From Azolla caroliniana (lineage: Eukaryota > Plantae > Polypodiophyta): 64,000 nucleotides of DNA. Numbering within the stretch: the first letter of the stretch is position 1; each line of letters starts with the position of its first letter. The stretch lies in assembly GCA_043228905.1 (NCBI GenBank), contig JBHGNT010000018.1, forward strand, positions 15,934,001-15,998,000. Reading direction: 5' to 3'. Made by a program: the position numbers and the translations under genes. Shown in pieces: positions 49,911 through 61,024 of this stretch. The notes under the pieces were generated by a model. It was given only the letters and a program-made list of their open reading frames with translations. It did not search any database and was not told the origin of the DNA.

Positions 49911-51137
49911 GACATATTCGTAAATATGTTTCTGAGAGCCCATCGAGGCTACATTTGTAAATAGCCGAAAAGTCATATTAGTATAAATATGACTTAGGGC
50001 AAACTTTTAGTTGTTGTCATTTTTCTGTTTTGCACGAGATCAGTGTGCGTAACTGTACAAAGAGAGAGAGAGAGAGAAAGAGGTTGTCGCCTCTGTTGTA
50101 ACCGCTGCCTGTGGTGAAGATCTGTGAGCACGAGGTTGTTGCCTCAGTGAACTCACTATTGTACATTCTTACATAGTGACAGTTAGCAGCCTGTGGGCTA
50201 CCGTGGTTTTTCCCCTAGTTTGGGGCTTTCCACGTAAACCTCATGTGTATCTTTCTCTTCCTCTTGTCGTGTTTTTATTTCCCGTTTTCTGTGTATCATT
50301 ACTGTGAAAGTGTTTTTAGAATCTAAGCCATTGAACATTAGGAGAATATAAAGTATAGATAATTCACCTTTTGAGGATAAGAACACGAACTAAGACCTTA
50401 GGGAAGAAGTCAAAAGTAAAAGTACGAGACCAAGAGAAAAGTAAAAAGAGAAAACGCAGACTATAAAAAACAGTAAAAATAGAATGGTCATAACTCCCTC
50501 GTTGTTTATCCAAATATCACGTTTAAATATGGATTAGAAAGCTTGTAAAAAGAGCTTTCTATAGCTTTTAAAATCGCTTAATTTGGATTTCGGATGAGGG
50601 AGATATGACGATTAGAAGGTTGATGTGTCATAGCTAAAAATAGGGAGATAAAAAGCTTCTAAAAATAGCATGAACGTGGATAAGAAGAGGAAGGTTATAA
50701 AAGAAGAAGTAATATGAGTGAGAAGGAGGGGAAGAGTGAAGGCAAAAGAGTGGATGAGGAGTGTTATGAAGAAGTGTCTTTGTGGAAGAGGAAGTGTCTT
50801 AGAAGAGGAAGGTCTTTGGTTTTAGTTCAATGCGGAGTTTGTCTCCTTTGTATTCTCTTGATGTTGGAATATCAGAACATTCTTATTTCTTGCTCGCTTT
50901 CTCTATTTTTTTTCTTAGTTTCTTGAGTTATACTCTCTAATCATAATTACCTAGAGCTATATAATATATTATGATTTTCAACTCCATCTAATCGGTTTGG
51001 TCAAGCCCTCATATAGTGTATATCTATCTATTATCTTATACACCCTATCATTTTGGCGCTCCAGGGAGGGTCGATCCTTTCCGTATAGGAAGAGAAGTTA
51101 TCATTTAATTGTGTTACTATATTACATTAACTTAGCT

Positions 51138-53237
51138 ATGCAATTTGCATTTTCGGGTGAAAGAACACAAGATGCTGGTGCCTTTTTGGCATGCTTTGAG
51201 CATCATGCCATATCTATTGGACGCATCACCGACAACGAAAAGTTGCCCTTGTTGGTAGCTACATTCTATGGTCGTGCTCGAGATTGGTATGACTCTCTTC
51301 CGCAAAATGAACAAGGAGAATATCAATTATTGGTGCATCAATTTCGTACAAGATATATTCAATGGAAAAGTGCAACTGAGGTAAGGGAGGAGCTTTTTCA
51401 ACTAAAGATGGAATCACCTTTTGGTTTTTTAGAGTATGAACGAAATTTCCAAGAATTGTGGACGACGTGGATTCGTCTTCGTGGTGGCACCGAAGACGAG
51501 TGGTTTAAGATAGAACAATTTAAGGTGGGCCTTGATATGCATTTCCGTTTGGAGGCAAGCTTGAAGGATCCAACGACTTTTCAAGCTCTTCTCCAAGTTT
51601 GTCAAGATTATGATCGACAAGTGAAGATGATGAGTTCCATGGGGGATCCCCAAATGACGGCTTTGGGTGCAAATTTGATGCCTCGTGCCAACTTTCAAGC
51701 CTTATCTTCAATTGTGCATGGTGGACAAGTGTTTCCAAATGTGTATACCACCACAACAATAAACCCAACAAGTATATCTCAAGAAGTGGAACAAGTGAAG
51801 AGTGAACAAGATACAATGGCGTTGGTGAATCGGCGCTTTGATGAAGTGATGGCCCACTTGCAACAATCCCAAGCAATTCGCAACACTATTCCCGATGGTG
51901 GTGGCTCTAGAGGGCATCAAGGTGTAATTTGTTATTCTTGTCAAGAGGAGGGACACTCAACAAGATGTCCTCATCGACAACAAAGAGGTATGGAAAGAGA
52001 CATGTATGAAGTGCAACGGAATGGACAACGACCTATCAACAATGGAGTCGAAGGAGGCGAATCCATAACACTTCCAATGACTCAGGTTCCTACAATTCCT
52101 CATAATGTGAATCTTCTTAATTTTATTGATGATAGTGATAGTGCTTGTGAAGTAGCTCTTGTGAAAAGGACAAGAGCCTCGCAAAAGGAGAAAGAAGTTG
52201 AAGGAGAATCTAGTGACTCAAGACAAAAGAAGAAGTCTAAGGAGAATGAGAAAGAGGACAAATTGAGAAGGAGACACTCTAGAAGGAAGATAAAGATGGA
52301 GGATATTCCTATGGGAGAAGGTGTAGAATCTTTCAATCGGAAGCATGAATTGATATCGAGTGGACCAAGGATAACATGGCCGCAACTTCTCCAATTATCA
52401 TCCACATTACAAAATGAGTGGGGGAGGCTTGTGAGTATTTGCCAAAGTCAAAAGACCGTGCATTACGTGGGGATCATGCGAGTAGAAGATCGAAAGGACA
52501 TACGTCCAATCATCCCTGTCTCCATCAAAGGGGTTCACATCAAAGATGCCTTGGGTGATAGTGGTGCTAGGGTAAGCTTGATTTCTGAATTTGTAGTAAA
52601 CAAAGTAGGAATTCCTATTAGTAGGTCATCTTCAACAAGGGTGGTTGTAGTAGATAGTGGAGTGGTGCATTGCACAAGCATAGTGGAGGATGTGTTCATC
52701 AAGTGTTTTGGAATAAGAGGAGAAGCTTGCAACAAATACCACATCAACTTGAAGGAAAGTGTATCAATTTCCCCAAAGCTTCGGCAATTGAGTGTTGAAC
52801 AAAAGGAAGAATTTATGCAAGAGTTCAACGCATGGTTACAAGAAAGTTCCAATTATAAGATGGAAGATTTGAGGTGTGTGTCACCTATAGTTTTGGTTCC
52901 AAAGAAGAATGAGATCAATTTCAAAGCCTTGAATGATTCGACCAAACGAGATGAATTTTCACTTCCTTCTCGAGATGAGATTGTCGATAAAATGGTTGTT
53001 TATACAAAACAAGGTAGTGTGGACAATATGTTGTGCCAAAAAGGATTTCATGTGGATGATTCAAAGATTAACATAATTACAAAGATGACAATTCCGACAA
53101 GTCTTGAAGCTTTGAAAGTATTTGTGCAAAAGGTGCGCTCGCTCGAAAGATTCATTTATATGTTGACATGCTTACTGCTATCAAGAGTGATGTATCCCAT
53201 GGCCCTACTAGTCTTTGGAGCGTTAACGAAGACATAA
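51138..53237 (+). CDS. gag: Uninterrupted Gag-protease-residual RT polyprotein (699 aa from the first ATG after the PBS); no RT active site, RNase H or integrase
   Basis: Retrotransposon gag (FSGE...FL..FE, GRARDWY), knuckle-like CYSCQEEGHSTRC, PR ALGDSGARVSLI, RT scraps SPIVLVPKKN/NFKALND/FSLP, no YxDD. Confidence 0.75.
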   Translation: MQFAFSGERTQDAGAFLACFEHHAISIGRITDNEKLPLLVATFYGRARDWYDSLPQNEQGEYQLLVHQFRTRYIQWKSATEVREELFQLKMESPFGFLEYERNFQELWTTWIRLRGGTEDEWFKIEQFKVGLDMHFRLEASLKDPTTFQALLQVCQDYDRQVKMMSSMGDPQMTALGANLMPRANFQALSSIVHGGQVFPNVYTTTTINPTSISQEVEQVKSEQDTMALVNRRFDEVMAHLQQSQAIRNTIPDGGGSRGHQGVICYSCQEEGHSTRCPHRQQRGMERDMYEVQRNGQRPINNGVEGGESITLPMTQVPTIPHNVNLLNFIDDSDSACEVALVKRTRASQKEKEVEGESSDSRQKKKSKENEKEDKLRRRHSRRKIKMEDIPMGEGVESFNRKHELISSGPRITWPQLLQLSSTLQNEWGRLVSICQSQKTVHYVGIMRVEDRKDIRPIIPVSIKGVHIKDALGDSGARVSLISEFVVNKVGIPISRSSSTRVVVVDSGVVHCTSIVEDVFIKCFGIRGEACNKYHINLKESVSISPKLRQLSVEQKEEFMQEFNAWLQESSNYKMEDLRCVSPIVLVPKKNEINFKALNDSTKRDEFSLPSRDEIVDKMVVYTKQGSVDNMLCQKGFHVDDSKINIITKMTIPTSLEALKVFVQKVRSLERFIYMLTCLLLSRVMYPMALLVFGALTKT

Positions 53238-54332
53238 TGATTGTGGTAACCTCTTTCTTTGTGTTGACAAGGAGAAAGATGATGATGGAATTGTCAATGT
53301 GTGTGTGGGTGTGTCTAGGAGTGTGAGGTTTTTCCTACCGACTAGCGGGGGTTTTACTCACATAGTTTGTTTCTTTTTATTATATCTCTCTCATTGTCTA
53401 TAGCCAAGAGATTGGCGAGAGAGCTTTTGTTTGTTAAGTACTGCCAATAAGTGCTTCGCCATAAATGGCTTAGCCTCTAACAAGGGGGAGGGCTAAATGT
53501 GAAAGTGTTTTTAGAATCTAAGCCATTGAACATTAGGAGAATATAAAGTATAGATAATTCACCTTTTGAGGATAAGAACACGAACTAAGACCTTAGGGAA
53601 GAAGTCAAAAGTAAAAGTACGAGACCAAGAGAAAAGTAAAAAGAGAAAACGCAGACTATAAAAAACAGTAAAAATAGAATGGTCATAACTCCCTCGTTGT
53701 TTATCCAAATATCACGTTTAAATATGGATTAGAAAGCTTGTAAAAAGAGCTTTCTATAGCTTTTAAAATCGCTTAATTTGGATTTCGGATGAGGGAGATA
53801 TGACGATTAGAAGGTTGATGTGTCATAGCTAAAAATAGGGAGATAAAAAGCTTCTAAAAATAGCATGAACGTGGATAAGAAGAGGAAGGTTATAAAAGAA
53901 GAAGTAATATGAGTGAGAAGGAGGGGAAGAGTGAAGGCAAAAGAGTGGATGAGGAGTGTTATGAAGAAGTGTCTTTGTGGAAGAGGAAGTGTCTTAGAAG
54001 AGGAAGGTCTTTGGTTTTAGTTCAATGCGGAGTTTGTCTCCTTTGTATTCTCTTGATGTTGGAATATCAGAACATTCTTATTTCTTGCTCGCTTTCTCTA
54101 TTTTTTTTCTTAGTTTCTTGAGTTATACTCTCTAATCATAATTACCTAGAGCTATATAATATATTATGATTTTCAACTCCATCTAATCGGTTTGGTCAAG
54201 CCCTCATATAGTGTATATCTATCTATTATCTTATACACCCTATCATTTTGGCGCTCCAGGGAGGGTCGATCCTTTCCGTATAGGAAGAGAAGTTATCATT
54301 TAATTGTGTTACTATATTACATTAACTTAGCT

Positions 54333-55048
54333 ATGCAATTTGCATTTTCGGGTGAAAGAACACAAGATGCTGGTGCCTTTTTGGCATGCTTTGAGCATCA
54401 TGCCATATCTATTGGACGCATCACCGACAACGAAAAGTTGCCCTTGTTGGTAGCTACATTCTATGGTCGTGCTCGAGATTGGTATGACTCTCTTCCGCAA
54501 AATGAACAAGGAGAATATCAATTATTGGTGCATCAATTTCGTACAAGATATATTCAATGGAAAAGTGCAACTGAGGTAAGGGAGGAGCTTTTTCAACTAA
54601 AGATGGAATCACCTTTTGGTTTTTTAGAGTATGAACGAAATTTCCAAGAATTGTGGACGACGTGGATTCGTCTTCGTGGTGGCACCGAAGACGAGTGGTT
54701 TAAGATAGAACAATTTAAGGTGGGCCTTGATATGCATTTCCGTTTGGAGGCAAGCTTGAAGGATCCAACGACTTTTCAAGCTCTTCTCCAAGTTTGTCAA
54801 GATTATGATCGACAAGTGAAGATGATGAGTTCCATGGGGGATCCCCAAATGACGGCTTTGGGTGCAAATTTGATGCCTCGTGCCAACTTTCAAGCCTTAT
54901 CTTCAATTGTGCATGGTGGACAAGTGTTTCCAAATGTGTATACCACCACAACAATAAACCCAACAAGTATATCTCAAGAAGTGGAACAAGTGAAGAGTGA
55001 ACAAGATACAATGGCGTTGGTGAATCGGCGCTTTGATGAAGTGATGGC
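54333..55048 (+). pseudogene. gag: Second, truncated copy of the gag ORF
   Basis: Identical translation to 51138-51853, then an abrupt join to a minus-strand copia sequence. Confidence 0.85.
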
Positions 55049-56268
55049 ATCCACCGGCATTTGATTGCCTTTTGATGGGGTGAAGAGGGGACGAGATCCC
55101 ACGTCTCATTTTTGAAGAGTGCTTGCATCTCCTCGTTCATCGCTTCAACCCATCGTGGGTCCTTCACGGCTTCGGAAAAAGTTTCTAGCTCTCAGACTAT
55201 CACCATCTTCATCATGAATGCATAATGATATGCCATGTAGTCATTATAGCTGAATTAGATGACTACGTTCTTCTCTCGGGTGGACCGACGTGGTGGTTCA
55301 CTAGTTCTTGTGAGTGCTTTCTCAGCTCCTGGTGTCCTCATGATTGGCACATCCAATCCACCATACTCATTGTTGAGTGAGTGAGCCGATTCGGCTGCAT
55401 CAATGATTTCTTTCCATAGAACTTCTTGTAGGGGGTGACACGGCAATCCAGATGTTGTGCACCGATTCATTAGATAGACGACTGTGTTCGCCGCTTCAAC
55501 CCAATATGATTTCGGTGGATGTTTCTTATTCATCAATGCCCTTGCCACCTCGAGTATATGCCGGTTCTTCCTTTCGGCTACTCCATTCTGCTGAGGTGTG
55601 TGTCGATAGGTAATCTCCCGTCGAATTCCTTCTTGTCAAAGGTATGTTGTGAAGGCATCGGAGAAATACTCCTTCCCGCCGTCTGGTCGAAGGCATCAAA
55701 CATGCTAACCGGTTGTCTTTTCGACTTCGTTTTTGAATTTTTGGAAGTGTCCAAACACTTCTCTCTTCTGCCGCATAGGGTAGTTCTAGGTGTGGCTGGA
55801 GAAGTCGTCGATGAATGTCGCATAGTATCGACATCCGCCGAATGTAACCGTTTGGGCTGGTCCCCATACATTTGAATGTACTACATCTAGGATCCCTTTG
55901 TTCACGTTCCTCTCTTCGGGAATGATTGTCGATGTTGTTTACCAAATTAGCAAGCTTCGCATACGCCTGGAATCTCCTTCTCGGTAAAGGACGAGACTCT
56001 GATGACAACTCCTTTCGACTACATTCCTTTGAGCTTTTGGAGATTAATGTCGCTGATTCTTTTGTGCCACAACTCTACGTTAGCATCAGCTTTATGGCCC
56101 TTGGCAAACATTGCCGATTTCATCTCGTGAGAGTCAAGGATGAACATTTGGCCTTCTCTTCGACTCCGAATGATAATTCGTCCTTCCTTTTTGATGAAGC
56201 ATCCTCTGTCATTGAATAGAACCTGCATGCCTTGTTCCACGATTTGACCGACCGAGACAGATTCTTCA
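55049..56268 (-). pseudogene. Decayed copia fragment (pre-integrase, integrase, RT start)
   Basis: ELWHKRISDINLQKL, KSYWVEAANTVVYLMNR, DPRWVEAMNEEMQAL..NETWDLV. Confidence 0.85.
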
Positions 56269-59071
56269 TGTAAAGGAATACGTTGTGTGGAAATGTGTGC
56301 ATAAACGTAGAGTACATAGTTCGGAAATAAGACAGTTCGGTAAACTCAGAAAACGCAGAGATGGAGATGGAGATGGAGAGGGAGAGACAAAGAGTGAGAG
56401 AGCAGACAACATAAAACTCAAATTCAAAATAATGACTCTCTATTTTGTACATACTTCGTGCTTAGTGAGCACATTATATACAAGCCCTGACAATCGGGCT
56501 GACAAAATTATTGATAGTACTTGACGCTCATAAATGAGCCGCTACACAAACTCCCAAAAATATTCCTTTATGAGGAATAACCGTCTAACGGCCTCTTCGG
56601 TTTTCACACTGATGCGGTCCTGTTGTGTGTACTTTTTCATGCAGCCAGTCTACGCACTAGGTTACGCTGCGTACTTCGCACCGAATGTTGAGCTTGTCTC
56701 TCAACACTCCCCCTCAAGCTCAACTTGAGGTTCCACTTGCTCTACCGGATTTACGCTCCGGTTCCTTCTGGCTTCACGCCTCACTCGCGCTCCTCGACCC
56801 GTTCGATTCCGCGCGCTTCGACCCTTTAGGTCGGCTTGTCTGCTTGTTCGGCCCTTCTCAGCTCCCTTGCTGTCGCAGTGTCAACGCATCCTTTGCTGCC
56901 CTTTTCTCCGCATGGCCTTCAGTTGATTCGGCGTATCCGAATCGAACATTCCGATTGAATCGAATACTTCTGATTCAATTCCACTCTCATCTGAATTGGC
57001 TGTCTCCAATTCGTCTCTAGTCTTTAGGCCTTTGACTACATCAGACAACGTCTTGGTCTTGGCCTTTACGCCCTTCTTGGCTGTATCTCCCCCTGATTTG
57101 GCTATCCTCGGCTCTTCCCTACGATTGCGGCCCTTGCTTTCTTCTTCGGCTTCTTCAGCCGGTCTGAAATCGAATTCATCATCCGATTCCTCATCACGGT
57201 CACTTCCGTCGTGATGAACACCTCCGCTCCTTTCACGCTCTTGTTCATGTTTGTCTTCCTTTCTCCTCCTCAAGTTCAGGGTGTCAAGGTGACGCAACCC
57301 AAGCTCACCTGAGAAATGCCTTAACTTGTCGAGACCAAGAGGCTTGGTGAAGATGTCGGCAACCTGCCGATTAGTCGGAACATGCACCAGTTCGACCTCA
57401 CTTGAAAGGACCCGCTCGCGGAAAAAATGGTAATGCACCTCAATGTGCTTGGTCCGGGCGTGGAACATGGGGTTCTTCGCAAGGTGGATATTGCTGAGGT
57501 TGTCACAAAAGATCGTCGTCGAATCAAACACCTCTACCTGTAGATCCTGTAATAGCCGTTTCAGCCAAATGACTTCGCACGTAGCGACAATCGCCCCTCG
57601 ATATTCGGCCTCCGTGCTTGACAGTGCCACTATCGGCTGCTTTTTGCTGCTCCACGCGATCACCGCACTTCCTAACGAGAGAGCATATCCGGATGTGGAT
57701 CGACGAATGTGGGCGTTTCCGGCCCAATCGGCATCCGTGTAATCGACTAACTGTTCGGCTACGCCTACTCGATATAGCAACGCCATGTCTTTCGTGCCGC
57801 TTACATATCGCAATATCCTTTGCGCGCACTGAAAGTGTTCGGCCATAGGATGCGGCATGAATTGATTGATTAGGCCGACTGGATAACTAAGATCCGGCTG
57901 AGTAATCGTCAGATAGATAAGGTTGCCGACAATCTGTCGGAACCGTGTCGGGTCACACGCCTTTCCCGAATCTCGGCGAAGCTTTACATTTCTGTCCAGA
58001 GGGGTCGAGATGGGCTTACAATTTGCCATCCTGAACTTGAAGAGCATATTCAGCGCGTAATGACGCTGGCTGATCAATATGCCTTCGGGGGTACGGATCA
58101 CTTTGATCCCGAGGAAGTAATGAAGGTCTCCGAGATCCTTCATTTCAAACGATGCCACAATCTGAGACTTCACGCGACGGATTTCGTTTAGGTCAGCACC
58201 GGCGATGACTAAATCATCAACGTACAGGAGCAGGCTGACCGGTCCATATTGGCCTTGCCGAACAAATAGAGAAGAGTCTGATTTCGATGGCGCAAACCCC
58301 ATCCTACGCAACTATTGCGTAAGCTTTGCGTTCCAAGCTCGCGGGGCTTGCTTTAGTCCATATAAGAATTTCTTCAATCGGCAAATTGCCGAGGTGGTTT
58401 GTTCGGATAGAAATCCGGGGGGCTGTACCATGTACACCTGCTCCTCAAGATCACCTTGTAGGAATGCATTCTTTACATCCATCTGATGTAAATGCCACCC
58501 CTTCGCCGCAACTACGGCTAGTAGGATTCACACGGTAGTCATCTTCGCGACAGGCACGAAGGTCTCGTTATAGTCCACACCGTGCTTTTGCGCGTAGCCT
58601 TTCGCTACCAACCTGGCCTTGTATCGGTTGACCGAGCCGTCGATGTTGTACTTGACCTTGTACACCCACCTACATCCAATCGGCTTCACACCCTTCGGTG
58701 GGTCAACTAGGTCCCAAGTTTCATTCTCCAATAATGCGCGCATCTCTTCCTCCATTGCGGCACGCCAGTTCGCGTCTTTTGCCGCTTTTGCGTAGCTCTC
58801 CGGCTCATGCACTTCCATCACTCGCGTCATGTACGCATAATGGTGCGCCATGTACTCATTATACCCGTACCTCTTTATGGGGTTCTTCTGGTGGGTAGAT
58901 CGGTGTAAGTTGTGATTACCCGATTTCGTGACCTTTTCGGTCGATTTTGACCTGTTCCGTGGAGGTTCCTTCTCGACTGGCTCGAAGTCAGATTCGCTTC
59001 GAACTGACTCGGCACTACTGAAATCATATTTCGGTGTCTTCTTCTTCCCCTTCTCCTTGCGCTTAAACCGT
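56269..59071 (-). mobile_element. Copia 3' half: 3' LTR 56269-56706, PPT 56707-56718, RT/RH plus extension 56881-59071; interrupted by gypsy at 59072
   Basis: LLYVDD, DADWAG, ADIFTKPL, ESDDEFDF, KTKTLSDVVKGL; LTR TGTTGA...TTTACA on the minus strand. Confidence 0.9.
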
Positions 59072-59344
59072 TGTTGCGAAGTTTTGCACACGTGTGTTAC
59101 TTGGGCGGGACCACGGGGGTCTTGGACTAGGGAGTACTCAAGGGATAGAGAAGACCCGAGGTTTGCTTTACGACAATACTACTTCCCGACCCCTTCCCGA
59201 GCAAGGTCTCGTTGCCCTTTGTTTTGTGAGGCCGGTGGCTCTCGTTGATCACGACTCGTCGACCTTCCGAGATCACCGCACGAGCCAAGTGACCAAACGG
59301 GTATAAGCAAGATGAGCACGCAACATGAACACACAAGGGGACGA

Positions 59345-60080
59345 TAACACAAACACGAATGTCCGTACGTCTTTATGAGGAGGAGAGGTGCATGGGCACA
59401 CCTGAACGCTCCCTCGTCACAAGACGTCGAACGTACGAGGAAGACACAAAACACATGCACAAATGCTCGTACGTCTTTATGAGGAGGAGAGGTGCATGGG
59501 CAAGCCCGAACGCTCCCTCGTCATGAGATGACCGAACGTACAAGGAAGACACAAACACATGCACAAAATGCTCGTACGCCTTTATGAGGAGGAGAGGTGC
59601 ATGGGCAAGCCCGAAACGGTCCCTCGTCATGAGACGGCCGAACGTACAAGGAAGACACAAACACACGCACAAAATGCTCGTACGTCTTTATGAGGAGGAG
59701 AGGTGCATGGGCATGCCTGAAACGCTCCCTCGTCACAAGACGACCGAACGTACAAGGAAGACACAAACACACACACAAATGCTCGTACACCTTTACTAGG
59801 AGGAGAGGTGCATGGGCAAGCCTGAACGGTCCCCTCGTCACAAGACGACCGGACGTACAAGGAAGACACAAACACACACACAAATGCTCGTACGCCGTTA
59901 TGAGGAGAAGAGGTGCATGGGCAAGCCCGAACGGTCCCCTTGTCACAAGACGACCGAACGTACAAGAAAGACACAAACACACGCACAAAATGCTCGTACG
60001 CCTTTATGAGGAGGAGAGGTGCATGGGCAAGCCCTAATGGTCCCCTCGTCACAAGACGACTAAACGTACAAGGAAGACAC
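59345..60080 (-). repeat. Tandem array of seven hairpin-forming units of about 105 bp inside the gypsy LTR
   Basis: Plus-strand GCATGGGCA at 59390, 59494, 59599, 59705, 59810, 59915 and 60021. Confidence 0.93.
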
Positions 60081-61024
60081 GAATAAAGAAAGAAGGAGAG
60101 AAAGAAACACGAATGATATTGACCAAAGAGATAAATACGTGTTCGATTCCAACGCAAGAGGACCCTTTATAAAATAGGGTTTTGTTTACAATGGCAACTT
60201 ATAGTTAACCACAAGCTCAAACAGAACATAAATATTAAATGCCCTTAGAGAGAAAAGCAAATCCGAACACGGCGAAGATGAACACACGAGCACCACCAAA
60301 ATGCCAATCCCAACGAACCACGACCACTCGAATGGTGAGCACACGGGCTCGCAACGACGAACGGGGTGGAGCAATGTCGAACCAAAGAAGCTTGGGCTCA
60401 CGAGCACTTCGAGTGCCGACGCGAAGAAGATGAGCACATGGCAATGGGGGGATGAAGGGGTATGAGTTGAAGAGGAGTGGTGAATAAGGAGATGAAGAGC
60501 TTCGAAGGAAAATTGGCGATAGTCTCCTCCTCCCAAAACGTCCTCCCGAATGAGCCCCCCTCGACCTCCTTTTATAGAAAAAAAAGAAGGGAGGGTCGCC
60601 AAATTTGTCTTCAATGAAAAAGGAATAAAATTCTTTAAATGACACTGCATAGTAAGTCTAAATTCAAACCATGCACCTCTAGCTAGTAGTCAATGTGACT
60701 ATCCACTAGCCCACTAACTCTCTCTTATATAATATATAATTCTATCTCTATAAATTCATAGCCAGTCTCCCCTCTACCTTTTATCTCTCCTCTCTCTTAC
60801 TTTTTGCACGAGCTTCTATACCTCCTTTTCACCCTTTCTTTTCCTTTTTATTTTGCATATGCACAATTAATCGCTTTTGTGTGCACACACATTGCACATG
60901 CACATTTTTGACCCCCCCCCCTTTCGCCGGTTTTTCCCACTCTCGAGCACGCCACATCACGACATCCACCCCTACCAAACTGCACATCCTCCGGTATGTT
61001 CCAAGAATGGCGGGTTGAGGGTGG

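Larger units (their letters stand above)
44556..50302 (+). mobile_element. Near-complete Ty1/copia element (Tork/Tnt1-like); 5' LTR 44556-45356, PBS-Met 45359-45369, PPT about 49418-49431, 3' LTR 49434-50302 interrupted
   Basis: Paired LTRs (the 5' copy starts TA instead of TG); PBS TGGTATCAGAG; GAAGGGGGAG before LTR2. The last ~50 bp of LTR2 are missing because another LTR begins at 50303. Lineage is inference. Confidence 0.93.
50303..55048 (+). mobile_element. Non-autonomous gypsy-type element in tandem: LTR (50303-51050), gag/PR, PPT, LTR (53498-54245), second gag truncated at 55048
   Basis: 748-bp LTRs TG...CA at a 3195-bp period; PBS-like TGGCGCTCCAGGGAGGG (resembles a tRNA-Asn complement) after both LTRs; PPT AAGGGGGAGGG at about 53482-53492. 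Confidence 0.88.

Noticed and set aside
59345-60080. Hammerhead ribozyme/retrozyme (GGGCAAGCCC-GAAAC resembles stem II plus GAAA)
   Set aside because: The required CUGANGA box is absent before the stem on either strand, and GAAAC is not conserved across units.
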